A DNA stretch of 64,000 nt. Source: Felis catus. Lineage: Eukaryota. This document shows, piece by piece, positions 25,300-39,760 of this stretch. The translations under genes were made by a program, and so were the position numbers. The notes beneath the pieces are model-generated. The model worked only from the letters and a program-made list of their open reading frames with translations, was not told the origin of the DNA and searched no databases. The stretch covers positions 28,336,001 through 28,400,000 of the forward strand of contig NC_058383.1 in the NCBI RefSeq assembly GCF_018350175.1, in the 5' to 3' direction. Positions within the stretch are counted from its first letter, which is position 1; each line of letters starts with the position of its first letter.

Positions 25300-27130
25300 A
25301 GATATTAACCCTCATTACTTGTGGATTTCATATTTCTGAATTTGCCTACTCTCTAAAATTTATTTGTAATCTCACAATCAATACTTGCGGCTGCTTTCAC
25401 GGTCATTCACGGAAATGTACAGAGTAGCAAAAAAATTGAGTTGCTTAACACGCATGTTCCCAACTGAGGTCAAACAATGCAGTGGTCCTTTTCCTTCAGC
25501 TCTCACACTCTAAACAAGTATCCTTCTTGCGGTATGTTTGGTGCCATGTGTTTTGCATTTTTATTGGCGCTTTTTGTCGGTGATTTCACTGTTTGAAATG
25601 GTCCAGAGGTGCCTGGATGGCTCAGTCGTTTAAGCTTCTGACTCTTGGTTTCTGGTCGGGTCATGATCTCATGGTTTCTGAGATGGAGCCCCACGTTGGG
25701 CTCTGTGCTGACAGCGTGGAACCTGCTTGGGGTTCTCTCTCTCCCTCTCTCTCTTTCTCTGCCCCTCCATTGCTCACACACATGCACTCTCTATCTCCCA
25801 AAATAAATAAATAGACTTTTATTTATTTTTATTTTTTTTAAAGAGATGAGCTCTAATTTTTGTTTAATGTTTATTCATTTTTGAAAGACAGAGAGAGAGC
25901 ACAAGCAGGGGTGGGCGTAGAGAGAGGGGGATACAGAATCTGAAGCAGGCTCTAGGCTCTGAGCTATCAGCACAGAGCCCAACACAGGGCTCGAACCCAC
26001 AAACTGCGAGATCATGACCTGAGCTGAAGTCAGACGCTCAACTGACTGAGCCACCCAGACACCCCAATAAATAAACTTTTAAACAAACAAACAAACAAAT
26101 AAATAAAAATGGTCTCAAGCATAGTGCTGGAGTGCTGTCTCCTGTGCTATGAAAGTATGTGGGTTAGATAAGCTTTGTTCAAGCATGGGTTATTATCTAC
26201 TGGCTGTGACTTCAATGTTAATGAGTTAAAAATATATATACAAGGGGCGCCTGGGTGGCGCAGTCGGTTAAGCGTCCAACTTCAGCCAGGTCACGATCTT
26301 GCGGTCCGTGAGTTCAAGCCCCGCGTCAGGCTCTGGGCTGATGGCTCAGAGCCTGGAGCCTGTTTCTGATTCTGTGTCTCCCTCTCTCTCTGCCCCTCCC
26401 CCGTTCATGCTCTGTCTCTCTCTGTCCCAAAAATAAATAAACGTTGAAAAAAAAAAATTAAAAAAATATATATATACAATATGATTTTTTTTAAGTTTAT
26501 TTACTTATTTTGAGAGAGAGAGAGAAAGAGAAAGAGCAAGAGCACAAGCAGGGGAGGGGCAGAGAGAGAGGGAGACAGAATCCCAACCAGTCTCTGAGCT
26601 GTCAGCTCAGAGCCCACTGTGGGGCTTGAACCCAGGAACTGTGAGATTTATGACCTGAGCCAAAATCGAGAGTCTGACGCTTAACCGACTCAGCCACCCA
26701 GGCGTCCCTCAATGTGATTTCCTTTTTTAAAAAAAAAATGTTTATTTATTTCTTAGAGAAAGAGACAGAACGTGAGCAGGGAAAGAGCAGAGAGAGAGGG
26801 AGACACAGAATCGGAAGAAGGCTCCAGGCCCCGAGCTGTCAGCACATAGCCCAGTGCAGGGCTTGAACTCACAAACTGCAAGATCGTGACCTAAGCCAAA
26901 GTCAGATGCTTAACCGACTGAGCCACCCATGTGCCCCAATATGATTTCTTTAAAAAGAAAACACACAGAAATCAAGGGGTTATGTATTCATTAGTTCATA
27001 AACATGTTGTGGCCAGAGGCTCACATTTCCCCTAGGAACTGTATTTCCCCTAGGAACAACAGCTCAGTACCTGCTAATTCAGTGTAATGCTTTATTGAAC
27101 ATTACTACCATGAATATTGAGGATCAACTC
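25300..27130 (+). mobile_element. MER82-like Tigger-family DNA transposon fossil with five nested SINEs
   Basis: Degenerate terminal inverted repeats (TTAACCCTCATTACTTGTGG / CCATGAATATTGAGGATCAA); internal sequence resembles MER82 as recalled. Confidence 0.65.
26244..26465 (+). mobile_element. Young SINEC_Fc
   Basis: Near-consensus copy with TSD AAAATATATATACAA-like. Confidence 0.88.
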
Positions 27131-29069
27131 TAAATGGATCATATACTCTGTGACCTTTGTTCTGGCTCCTTTCACTTAGCATAATGTTTTTGATGTTCAT
27201 CCATGTCATAACATGTGTCAGAACTTCATCATTTCAATGGCTGGGTGATACTCCATTGTGCGCATACACCATGTTTTGTTCGACGGTTCATTAGCTGATG
27301 GACATCTGTACTGTCTCCATCTTTCAGCTCTTGCGAGCAGTGCTGCTATCAACATGGGTGTCCATGCATATTTGTTTGAGTACCTGTTTTTAGAATTTTA
27401 GGTGGCTACCTAGGAGTGGAATTGCTGGGTCGTGGGTAACTCTGTGTTTTAAGTTTTTGAGAAATCAATGTTTTGCACAGCAGCTGAACCATTTTACATT
27501 CCCACTAGCAATGTATGGGGGTTTCGATTTCATCCCACCCTCACCAACACTTGTTATTTTCTGTTGGGTTGTTTGTTTTCATTGTAGGTAACCTCCTGGG
27601 TGTATGTGCATTTCCTTGATGACTAATGATGTGGAGCATTTTGTTATATACTGGCTGACCATTTGCATGTGTTCTTTGGAGTGTCTATTCTAAGTCTGTT
27701 GCCCGTGTTTTCATTGGGTTGTCTGCTTTTTTGTCATTGGGTTAAGTGTTCTGCATATATTCTGGATGCTAGGTCTTTATCAGATATATGATTTGCAAAT
27801 ACTTTTTCCCATTTTGTTGGTTGTCTTTTCATTTTCTAGATAATGTCCTTTAATGCACAGAAGTTTTTAATTTGTGAAAGTCCAATTTTTCTATTTTTTT
27901 GTTGTTGCCTGGGCTTTTGGTGTCCTAAGAGTCCATCAGCAAATCCATGATCATGAGGATTCACCTCAATGTTTTCTAAGAGTGTTATAGTTTCAGCTCT
28001 TATATTTAGATCACTGATCCATTTTGAATTAATTTTTGTTTATGGCGTGAGGTAGGGGTCCAAATTCACTCTTTTGCACACACATATCTGGTTGTCCCAG
28101 GACCATTCATTGAAAAGACTGTTCTTTCCCTCAACGATTGATGTTGGCACCTTTGTAAAACATTACTTGGCCATTGGTTAGAACTATTCATGCGGTCCAG
28201 ACCAACTTTAAGGTTTCAGATGTGATTGAAAGGAGGGAGACAAAAAAAAATACTTGGTAAATAAAACCAATAACTACCACAACCTTCATGGAGGAAATTG
28301 CAGAATTCTTCTCCAGGAAACTGAGTGGTCCGAGAGGAAGATCTAAAGATACTGACATTTAATAAGCTCTCCAATGATAAGCCTGTATCCCTCACATCTC
28401 CCTACAATGGAACCGACTGGTCTATAAACCTCTCTTCACTGCAGACCTTTCCAGAAGCTTTTCGTGTCTCACTCTAAAACATGAACAGGCAGCCAAAGAG
28501 TCCAGACATCTGAGAAAAGCTGTTATTATGAAAGACAAATCCAAAACAATTAGCAAAAAGGGATTTAGAGAAACAATGAGGGTAATCAAGTTCCGAAAAG
28601 CTACTGTAAACATCGTAGAGAGATAACAGATGATATATCATACCTAAAACATGAACAAGATATCTTTCAAAAGGAACATTCAGGGAACAACAACAACAAA
28701 AAAAGGCTCTGAGAAAGAAGAAATCAAAAAGTGAAAAATATTCAGTGAAACAAGGGGAAGAAAAAACTGAGGACGTCTTCCAGAGAGAAGAGAAAAGAGG
28801 ACATTAGAAGCTCACAACAGAAGGCCTAACATCTAAAGAATCACAATTTCTCAAAAATAAAACTGGAAAAACAAAGGAGAGAAATTTATCAAAGAAATAA
28901 TATGAAGGAAAACTTTTCAGAGCTGAGGGACATGATCAGGTTTTGTAGATGTGACTGGGAGTCGCATGAACGTGAACTCATGACTTCTGTAACTTATCTC
29001 AGAATATTTCATCAAACCACAACGAGATACCACACTGTATGTTCTGGAATGGCTGTAATAGAAAAGGCA

Positions 29070-29335
29070 GCATCAAAAATGGACGCGGTTTCCGGTTTCT
29101 CTTCCTTCTCCTCAACAACATCATGTCTAGCTAGCTCTTTTGTCCCCCAACTGCTGGCGTTGCTGATACCACAGCAACTTGAGGTCCACCATCCAATAAA
29201 GACACAGCAACTGTCTACTGAATTCTCCACCAGCTCCCACGATCGTGTAAGATTTAATTCTCAAAACAGACCCCTTATTATGAGTAGTAAGGACTCACAC
29301 CGATTCTGCTTCCCCAGTCAAACCCTAATTGATGT
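29070..29335 (+). mobile_element. ERVL-class LTR remnant (MER73/MER74-like 3' end)
   Basis: CAGCTCCCACGATCGTGTAAG...TTCTGCTTCCCCAGTCAAACCCTAATTGAT resembles ERVL LTR ends. Confidence 0.4.
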
Positions 29336-32300
29336 AAGGTTGGTACTGATTATCCAGGGAAAGGTGGCCACGTCCGTATTCATTAACACTACTGCGAACG
29401 TAGGACATCTCTGAAAGGCCTTACGAGCCCCTGGTAGCCACAGGATATTTGGAGGGAGGGGTTTGGAGGTCAGGGGGGTAGAAAGACCTACTGTTTGTAT
29501 ATTTGTTTGCATTTTTTTTGCTTTGTGCGCGTAGACATGTTTCAAACACACGCTCAGGGTAGAATATAACATGCATATGGAAAAAGTGCATAATATATGT
29601 AGACTGTATAGTGGTATCTCATTGTGGTCTAAATTTGCATTTGTAAGCCTTGATTACAAGGACTCATTTCTAGGTTATTGGCCGTATGGATTTCTTACTG
29701 TTGCCAAGGGCATGTTAAAGTCTTTTGCCATTTTTCTACCAATTGTCTGTCTTTTTCTCAGAGGTCTGAAGGAGTTCTCTGGTCTGGGGGCAAGTTCTTT
29801 GTCATTTATGTATATGGCAAATATCTTCAACTCCCCTGTGGGTTTTTTCCTAACCTGTTTTTGAAGAAGTTTCTTTCGAGCAAGAGTTTCTAAATTCAGT
29901 TCAGTTGAATTTATTAACCTATTTCCTTATTGCTAGTGATCTCTGTGTTTTAAGTCTTATGGTAAGTCTTGATATCCAATAAAGCAAATCTTTCACTTTG
30001 GTTTCCCCCCCAACCAAGAGTGTCTCGCGATTTTTGCCTTTTTCCATTCCCGTGTAAGTTTTGGAATCAGATTGTCAAGTTCTGGAGAAAAAAAAAAAAA
30101 AAAAGCTGAACTTTTGATCAGGGTTGCATTTGATCCATAATCATTATGAGGGAGAATTAACACCTTTAAATCTTGAATCTCCTAATCAATTAACATGGTA
30201 TATAACTCTTCATTGATTTTGGTCTTCTTTAATGTCTCTCAAAAATTTTTTTCTACAATATTTCAAAGAGGTTTAGTACCTCTTCTGTGAGACTAAACTT
30301 TTTAAAGTTTATTTATTTATTTTGAGAGAGACAGAGACAGAGAGAGTAAGCAGGGGACGGACAGAGAGTGGAGGAGAGAGAGAATCCCAAGAAGGCCTCA
30401 TGATGTGGGGCTAGAACTCACGAACTATGAGATCATGACCTGGGCTGAAACCAAGAGTTGGATGCTTAACCGACTAAGCCACCCAGGTGCCCCTGGATCT
30501 TTTTCTTAGGTACTCGTTGGGTATAGGAGGGAGTCTTGCTTTTCACTCTTTTAAACTGTGTGAATTTTTTTTTTTACCATATGCATATATTTTCAAATAG
30601 AATTTTTGATCATCATTTATTAAGTTGTGCTATGCTAAGCATTTTATATACTATACCTGTTTTCTCTTCTTCTCCCAGGAACCAGAGCCCATGTACTCAT
30701 CCAGTGACAGAAGGCAGAGCGCCTAAGCCATGATACTTAACTTTTAGGGCCCCGTGAAAAATAGTTTAACTATTTAGAATCAAAAGAAAATGATAAATAG
30801 GGCCCTGCCTTTATTGTATTTGTCTTTATGCCAACACAATCATAAAATATCGTGTTAGATTGCTTTTTATGCAAGAAAGCAGCCCAACTGGTAACCCTAC
30901 CCGGTGGGTACTATTGTTATAAAAATATTCCAAGGGAGGAAGCTCCCTTGGCCAAAGTCAGACAGCTGGGAAGTGTGGGAACAGGGACTTGAACCCAGGC
31001 CTGGAGGCCCCTCAAGCTCATTCTTGGCCACCAAGCTCAAGGATGTCTGGATCAAGCATGTTCATACCGAGGGGATGAGTCTGGCTGGAGTCAGGGAGGT
31101 TTACTCCAGGAGGAGAAGAGTTAGAGGAGATTTTACACAATCTCCAAATATCTTAAGGGCTGCCACCTGGAAAAGGACTAGCCTTGTTTGAATTGTTCCC
31201 AAGAACGGAGCTAAGGTAGGTGCGGTGGGGTTTCAGAGAAGTAGATTTTGATCCAGTGATACAATGAACTTACTGGAACTAACAAGACCTCTGGCAGTGG
31301 CAATTTCTCCTGAGGACCGTAGATGCGGAGTCTGACCCCAGCCGCTGACAAGAGGAGAATTCAAAATAAGGCTCTGTTGGAGAGGCTTGCTGCCTTGGGA
31401 GGAGATTTGGATGAGAGCAAGGTGAACTTTTATGTCCCTTGGACCTGAAGAGTCTACAGCTGTAAACTTGACCAGTTCATCAGTATAAGGAGGTGGGACC
31501 CTCCCCACCAGTAGCCCCAGTTTGCCCAATCCTTACTGAGCCCTCTCATACACCATGGGTGGGAGCCTAAATGGATGGTCTCTTTGGAAGAGCTGTTCAC
31601 AGTATCTGTCAATATTTAGACTCTTGGTACTTTGACTTAGCAATTCTGTACGGAAGAATCTGTTCACAGTATAAACACGCAGATATGCACAGACATGTGC
31701 CCAGGGGTGTTCGCCACAGTATGTTTATAATTGCAAAAGTTTGGCAACAACTTAAGTGCCCATCGGGGGACTGGTTAAGTGGATGATGATATAGGATTGA
31801 TATATTGTGAGTGACATCCCCACCTTTGAGGATGTGGCCCTGGGGGAGTGTGGGGGAGTGTCAGACAATTAACAAACATATGTAATAACTTAAATCATAT
31901 AGCACGTTAGAGGGTGGTGAGGGCTGCTTTGGGAACTTGGGAATGTAGGGTGTGGGTGGAGGCAGGATGCAATTTCCAGGAGGGTGGCTGGGGTAGGTTT
32001 CACTGGGAAGGTAAAGACTTGAAACCTCAGGGGGAACCTGCCCCTTCCGGTCATTCTTTTTATAATTTTTTTTTGAAGTTAAAAAAAATTTTTTTTTTAA
32101 GTAGGCTCCACACCCAATGTGGGGCTTGAACTCACAACCCAGAGATCAAGAGCAGATGTTCCACTGAGTCAGCCGGGTGCCTCCTTCCTTCATTGGAAGG
32201 GGGAATTTGCGGGGATAACACCTTTGGTGGGTCTGGCAACCAGCAGGCCTTGCAAGGACTGTTGTTCATTTTAGTCCCGAAATTAGCAAGAGTTCATAGC

Positions 32301-33479
32301 ACTCTTGTCTAAGGAAGATGCCCCAAAGCATTTCAGTTTGCAAATGAAGAGTGGGAGGCCTTGAGCTCTGGTGGCTGTCTTATCCACTTCCCAGAAAGGA
32401 ATTCAAACATCTCAACTGAGGGAAAGGTCCCTGCCTGGGCCGGCTGTTTGTTTGCCTTCCTTTGTAGCAATGGGTCCATTGTGTTTCAGTCAGTTTAACT
32501 GCGTGGGGAGGTTCCTCAGCTTTGTCCTTGATAAAGCCCCACAGGGCATCCCCCAGTAAGCAATGATATAGCCACTGGTGTGGTAAAGTCTCTCCCCTAG
32601 ACAGGAGGTTACTAATCAGCAACTCCTTAAACCACAAGAATTTGTCCCTATCAGTGCATTTATTCTGTGTCTTGGCAACAGACAGATGGGAGTCACCAAA
32701 CGGATCAGTTGCTTGCTTTCCCTGACTCCAAGCAGGCCTTATCTGGTTCCTTCTAACAATGGCTCCGACCTCTTTAGGGTAACAGGTGTCTAATGGGGGT
32801 CTGCTCTGGTTTACATGTTACCTGAAGTAGAGAGAGGGGCTCCTTCGGGAGGACAGGAGACAAATAGATTTTTGCACAAAGACAGAAATAAGTATTGCAA
32901 GACGGATCAATAAAATCCCAATGAGGGGATGAGGGAACGTTTCACTGACACCGGCGACAGTGATGTTGGGGCCAGAGAAGACACAATTGGGGTTTTGACC
33001 TAGGGAAATGGGGGGGAGGGTGGCGTCCTAGGCAGAAGGCACAGCAAAGAAAATCGCATGGGAGCTGCAAACAATGGAGCATATTCAAGCTGTTCTAAGT
33101 AGTTCCTTGTGTGTAAAACATAGTGACAAAGAATAAATAATAGTAATAACTAACGTTTGTTGTGTCCTTACATATGCCCAGCAGCATTCAAAACACTTTC
33201 TACTCTGTCTGATCCTCATAGCAATCCTGTAGGCAAGTTCTGTATATCAATATCCCAGCTCTCTAGGTCAGGAAGCAGAGGCAAAGATAGGTTGATAATT
33301 TGCCCATTGGTGGCACCACCAATAATAATAACCACAATAATCAGCTGCCACTGATTGGTCACCAAGCACTCCCCTGAGTGTTAGATGTACCTTCTCTTCT
33401 GATTTGACCCTCCCTGACCAGGTGAGGAAACTGAGGCTTGGGTAGGAGTAAGATTTTTATACATTATTGAAGCTAAGTT

Positions 33480-36400
33480 GGTACTCATTCTAACCAGCTT
33501 GTTTTAAATTAAGATGTTAATTGTAGTTTCCAGGGCAACCTCTAAGAACATAACTGAAAAATATATAGTACAAGAGATATAGGAATCAAAATGGTATACT
33601 AGACAACCTCTATCTAATAAAAAAGTAGGCAGTCATGGGGGAACTGAGGAACAAAAAAGATAATGACACAGAGAAAACAAATAGCAAAACTGAAGTAAGT
33701 CTTATCAGTAATCACGTTCAATGCAAGTGGATTAAACTCTGCAGTTAAGGAGCAAGTTGACAGAGTAGTAAAATAATAGGAACCAACATTACCCTCAAAA
33801 GAGATCCAAAGACATAAACAGACTGAAAGACAAAAGATAGAAAAAGAGAATCCATTGTAAACAATGGTTATACTGGTAGCAGAAAAGTAGACTTTAAGGA
33901 CACCTGGCTGGCTCAGTCAGTGAAGCATGCAACTCTTGATCCCGGGGTTGTAAGTTTGAGCCCCACATTAGGTGTAGAGGTTACTTAAAAGTAAAATCTT
34001 AAAAAAAAAAGAGAGAGAGAGAGAAAGAAAAATAGACTTTAATAAGAAACTGTTACAAGAGACAAAGGACATTATGTAATGATAAAAGGGTAAATCCATT
34101 AAGAATATGTCACACCATATGATCATGTTTTAAAGTAAGTGCAATTTAATAAATATTGTAAAAAAAAAAGAATATGTCACAAAGATTAATCTATATGTAC
34201 TCTGAAATATATGAAATAACAACTGCCAGACTTGAAGGAGAAATGGTTCAACAATAACAGTTGGAAACTACAACACCCTGCTTTCAATAATGGATAGAAC
34301 TGCTAGATAAAAAATAAACAAGGAGAGGGGCGCTGGTACCTGGATGGTTCAGTCAGTTGAGCATCTGACTTCAACTCAGGTCATGATCTTGTGGTGCATG
34401 GGTTCAAGGCCCATGTTGGGCTCTGTGCTGACAGCTCAGAGCCTGGAGCCTGCTTTGGATTCTGTGCCTCCTTCTCTCTCTGCCCCTCCACTGCTTGTAC
34501 TCTGTATCTCTCTCAAAAAGAAAAATAAACATTTAAAAAAAGTTTTTAATAAATAAATAAGTAAACGAACAAGGAGAGAGACAATTTGAACAACACTCCA
34601 AAGGAATTAGACCTAACAGGCATATATGCAACATCCCACTCAAAAACATCACGTCAATAGAATGGAGGGGGAGAAAAACCACATGAACATCTCAGACGAG
34701 GCAGAACAAAAAGCGTCTGATAAAATCCAACACCCTTTCATGATCAGAATACTCCACAACTGGAAGGGAACTATGTTAAGATCATAAGGGGCATATAAGA
34801 AAAACCCTTCTCATATGCAGTGGTGGGAGACTTAAAGCTTTCCCCCTAAGATTGGGAACAAGACAAGAATGTCTACTTTTGCTAATTCTGGTCAACATTG
34901 CCCTTGAATATTTTATAGTGCAGGCTTTATTATTATTCGGGTATGATGAGGCCAACAGATCCTGAGAGGACTGCCATTGAAGAAAAGTTTATTGGGGCGC
35001 CTGGGTGGCTCAGTCCATTGAGCATCCGACTTTGGCTTGGGTCATGCATGATCTTACAACTCGTGGGTTCAAGCCCCGCATTGGACTCTGTGCTGACAGC
35101 TCAGAGCCTGGAGCCTGCTTCGGATTCTGTGTCTCCCTCTCTCTCTGCCCTGACCCCACTCATTCTCTGTCTCTCTGTCAAAAATAAACAAACATTAAAA
35201 AAAAATAAAAAAATAAAAAACTTTACTACGAAGCCACAATACCCAAACAGTTTGATAGCAGCATAAGGATACACACGTAGATGAATGGAATAGAGTTGAG
35301 ATTCTGGACATAAGCCTGTACGTCCACGGTTCATGGATTTTGACAAGAGCACCAAGACCATTCATTGGGGGAAAGAACAATCTGTTCCACAAAATGATCA
35401 CGGAACAACTGGACATCCACACGCAAAAGACAGAAGCTGGACCTTGAACTCACCTTGTTTGCACACACGCCAAAGATGGAAGCTGGATCTTGAACAAACA
35501 TAATTTACCAAAACTAACTCAAAATGGATCAACAACCTAAATATAAGAGTTGAAACTATAAAATACTTAGACAAAAACCTAGAGGCAAGTCTTCATGATC
35601 TGGGATTGGCCATGGTTTCTTATCCATGGCACAGAAGCCCAAGCAGCAACAAAAATAGATTAATAGCAACAATAATCAATAATTTCCTATTTATCAAAAC
35701 TGAAAACGTTTGTGCATGAGAGCACACTGTCAGGAGAGTCAAAAGACAACCCACAGAATAGGAGAAAATATTTGCAAATCGTACATTTGCTATGGCTCTG
35801 ACACCCAGAATATTCAAAAACAAAAAACAAAACAAAACAAAACCCCAAAAGACAATGATTACAACTCAAGAAGAAGAAAACAACTAACTCCTTTAAAAAT
35901 GGACCAAGGGTTGGGGCACCTGGGTGGCTCAGTTGGTTAGGAATCTGACCCTTGGTTTCAGCTCAGGTCATGATCTCATGGTTTGCGGGTTCGAGCCTTG
36001 CATGAGGTTCCAAGGTTCCATGCTGACAGTGTAGAGCCTGCTCAGGATTCTCTCTCTGCCCCTCCACCTCCTCTGTCTCTCTCTCCCTCTCAAAATAAAT
36101 AAATGAGCTTTAAAAAATATGGGCCAGATGTTTGAAAAGACATTTCTCCAAAGAAGATACTCGAATGGCCAACAAACACATGCCAAGAGGCTCAACATCA
36201 TTAGCTACCAGGAAAATGCCAATAAAACCACAGCAAGACACTTCACCAACACTAGGATGACTGTAGTAAAACAAACAAACAAAAAGAAAGAACAATCCTT
36301 TGGATGTGGAGAAATTGGAGCCCTTAGACATCGCTAGGAACGTGAAATACTGCAGTCCCTGTGGAAAACAGCCTGGCGGTTCCTCAAAAAGGTACACAGA

Positions 36401-36690
36401 GACTCGCCAGGTGATCTGGCCCTCCCACGCCTGGGTATACATCTCCGAATGGGAAACACGTATTCACACATTAACCTGAACCTGAATGTTCCCAGCCTCT
36501 TTGGTCATAACAGTCCCAGGGAGTGGGGGGAGTCTGCTCAATGGGGATAGAGTTTCGCCTTGGGGTGATGAAAATGCTCTGGCGTAGATAGTGGTGATGG
36601 TCGTGCAACATGGTGAATGTGTTAAAAGGCACTGAATTCTATCTTTTAAAATGGCGATTTTTACATTATGTGAATTTCACCTCAATAAGT
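33480..36690 (+). mobile_element. Old fragmented L1M (ORF2 pieces and 3' UTR) interrupted by four SINEs
   Basis: Degenerate endonuclease-region and ORF2 C-terminal L1 sequence, ending in an L1MB-like 3' end (GATAGTGGTGATGGT..., CACTGAATT). Confidence 0.75.
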
Positions 36691-39409
36691 TAAGAAATGA
36701 ATAGAAAGGAGACCCAACATGAGGAGAGTTTTGCTAAGTGTTTGTGGGGAAGTCCTTGGATCTCTGGGGGAGATTCTACAGGTTGTTCTTTTCTCCTCCG
36801 ACCATCGTGGCGTTTGAATGTGATCTTTGAAACGGCTTGGGTCACCTCACCAACCCTTTAGAAAATGGTGTCCCTCTATGAGAACGCCACTGACACGCAG
36901 TTTTGCCCTGTGCCCTGAATAAATGCTCCCCACCGGGTAGGTAGTTGGGGGCTGAAGTTTTCAGCCTGTGTTCTTCCCGGAATGTGGTTGAGTCCAAGGA
37001 AGGGGTTGTTTTTTTAAAAAGTTGTTTGCCCAGAGGGGTCCCTCCAGAATCTCCTTAATGCCACCACATATACCCACAGCAGCCTTGGAGAAATCCGTGA
37101 GAATATAAAGAAAGGGGGCCAGGGACAAAGGCATGAATTAGCTTTTAAACCTGCCAAGCATCTGTACTTCTAGTTATGTTTCATATGAATTTTTCTTACC
37201 AATGAAGAGATTTCATCTGCACGAAAAGTCTAATCAGGGGCGCCTGGGTGGCTCCCTCGGTTGAGCGTCCAACTTCTGCTCAGGTCATGGTCCCACGGTT
37301 TGTGGGTTCAAGCCCCACAACAGACTCTGTGCCGAGAGTCCAGAGGCTGGATCCTGCGTGGGATTCTGTGTCTGCCTCTCTCTCTGCCCCTTTCCCGCTC
37401 ACGCTCTCTCTGTCTCTTTCTCTCTCTCAAAAATAAATAAACACACAAAAAAATGTTTAAGTCTAATCAATCAGCTGAAACCAAAATTTATTGAGTCATG
37501 TATCTAAAATGTCCAGCAGTAAATTTGGCCTCAGTCACGGTCCAGGAGCTCAACAGTCTCCATCACTTGGTTCTGGCTTTCTCTTTGTTGGTGACATTGT
37601 CATTCAGGTTCTCCGCACTCACAGACAAGACGACACCCATAACTTTCAGCTACATTTCTCCTAATAACTCCCAAAGAAAGACTATATCCCTTGTCCAATA
37701 GCTCCCGCTGATGTCTTGGGTTTGAATCTCATGGGCCCTGCTTGGGTCACACGTCCATTCCTGAACCGATTGCTGAGGCTGCTGGGCTCGTGAGGAATGT
37801 CCTCAGTGGCTAAAACCGGGTCTTCTGTCCACTGTCCACAGCCCCAGTGCAAAGGGGGTTTGAGAGGGAAGTTAATAGCTCCCCAGTGGCTCTCTGGGGT
37901 GCTGACCATTCTGGAAGAACGGACACTGGAACCTGAGCGGACACAACAGATGGCTAAAGCACAGGACAGACAAAGCCCTGTGCAATCTGCCCTTTCAAGT
38001 TCACTGTCTCTCTGACCCTGTCACTTGAGCCCGCTTTCACTTCCTCCCGTGTCCTCACTGTTTCACCCCAGGGCCTTGCCACATGCTGTTCCATATTCCT
38101 GGAATGCTCGTCCACCACGGTGCCTAGCAAACACCTACTTATCCGTTAGCTCTCAGCTCGAACAGCACTTCCCCAGGGAAGCTGTGACAGTTTTGTATAT
38201 ACAACTGTAACTCCCATAGCACATACTGATCTTGTAAGATGACTCTGACACTGCCCATTGAGACGGGTGGTCTGTGTTCCCTTGCCCTGAATCCGGGGGA
38301 GCTTGAGACGCCCATCGAAGTGCCATTATGTGACTTTGGAAGGAGTGACATTATGTGACTCTCATAAGAGGTGGAAAGCTTTTGCCCGGTTGTCTGGGGA
38401 CGCCCAGTGTTGGAACCCAGGTGCCAGGCCATACAGAAGCCTGAGTAGCCAGGGAAAGGTCCCCGTGGTGGGGAACTGGGATTCCTGGTCCTTACCCTGG
38501 GTGAGAGCCAGTCGATAGCAGGCACTGACTTTCCAGCCAGCCATGTGTTGAGCCGTTTTAAAAGTGGATCCTATAGGGGCGCCCGGGTGGCTCAGTTGGT
38601 TAAGCGGCCGACTTCGGCTCAGGTCATGATCTCACGGTTTGTGAGTTCGAGCCCAGCGTCGGGCTCTGTGCTGACAGCTCAGAGCCTGGAGCCTGTTTCA
38701 GATTCAGTGTCTCCCTCTCTCTGACCCTCCCCCATTCATGTTCTGTCTCTCTCTGTCTCAAAAATAAATAAACGTTAAAAAAAATTTTTTTAAAAAGTGA
38801 ATCCTCCAGAAACTTGACAGACACAAGAGACCACATATTGTATGTTTCTATTTATAGGAAATCCCCAGAATGTTAACACCCATAGGGACAGAAAGTAAAG
38901 TAGGGATTGCCAGGGGCTGGAGAGAGGGAAGCATGGGGAGTGACTTTTTAATGGGTACAAGATTTCTTTTTAGGGAAATAAGAATGTCCTGGAATCAGAT
39001 CCTGATGATGGCTGCACAACCTTGTGGACCTACTAAAAACCACTGAGTTGTAGAGTCGAAAAGGGTGAGTTTTATGGTAAATTGTATCCTTAAGAAAGGA
39101 GACCCAACCGTCCCAGTCAAGCTGCCCCTGGCTGATGCCATGTGGGGCGCAGTCTTGCTGTCCAGGCCAGATTCTGCCCAAATTGCAGCTTTGTAGACAA
39201 AAATAAACATTGCTGTTTTAAGCCACTAAGTTTGGGGATGGCTGTTACACAGAAAAATAGATGCTGATATGGAAACTTTCCCCAACCACCTCCCCAGTTG
39301 TTGGGCAGGGCCCTCCAGGTCTCTGTATGAATTACACTACCATATCAGTTTGTAAGTAAATATTTTACTACTCGCTGTCTTCCTCATTGGCCAGTAAGCC
39401 CTGTGCAGT

Positions 39410-39760
39410 GTCTTTAGTAAGAACCAGTCCCCAGAGGTGTGTGGACCCACAGTGGCTGAGAACCATGTGGCAGATGTCAAAGTGGATGGAAAGGGGGTCG
39501 AGCGGGCTTTGTGGCACACAGCTGGGCAGGAAGATCGTGATCACTGGAGGCCCCTCTCCTACCTGGACACTCATGCTCTCCTGACACATTTCTCTGCTGA
39601 CAGGCTTAATAGTTTAGAAAACATCCTAGAAAAATGGAGTCCGGAAGTCAAGCGATTCCGCCCCGACATGCCCATCGTCCCGCTTGCGAACAAGAAGCAT
39701 CTCCAGAACGATGAGCGCCCAGGGCAGGAGCTGACCAAGGTGAAGGGGGAGCTGGTAAAG
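39410..39760 (+). pseudogene. RHOA: Processed RHOA pseudogene fragment (about codons 24-140)
   Basis: Translates to [51 protein letters not shown]...[14 protein letters not shown]...NKKHLQNDE...[11 protein letters not shown]. Intronless across RHOA exon junctions; lacks the start, P-loop and CAAX end. Confidence 0.88.

Larger units (their letters stand above)
24240..28175 (-). mobile_element. Old L1M 3' region carrying a nested MER82-like element and about nine SINEs
   Basis: Antisense L1 3' UTR/ORF2 sequence resumes collinearly on either side of the inserts (25110-25300, then 27131-28175). Confidence 0.7.

Noticed and set aside
28902..29414. 170-aa plus-strand ORF
   Set aside because: Runs across L1 fragments and an LTR-like remnant; no homology recognised.
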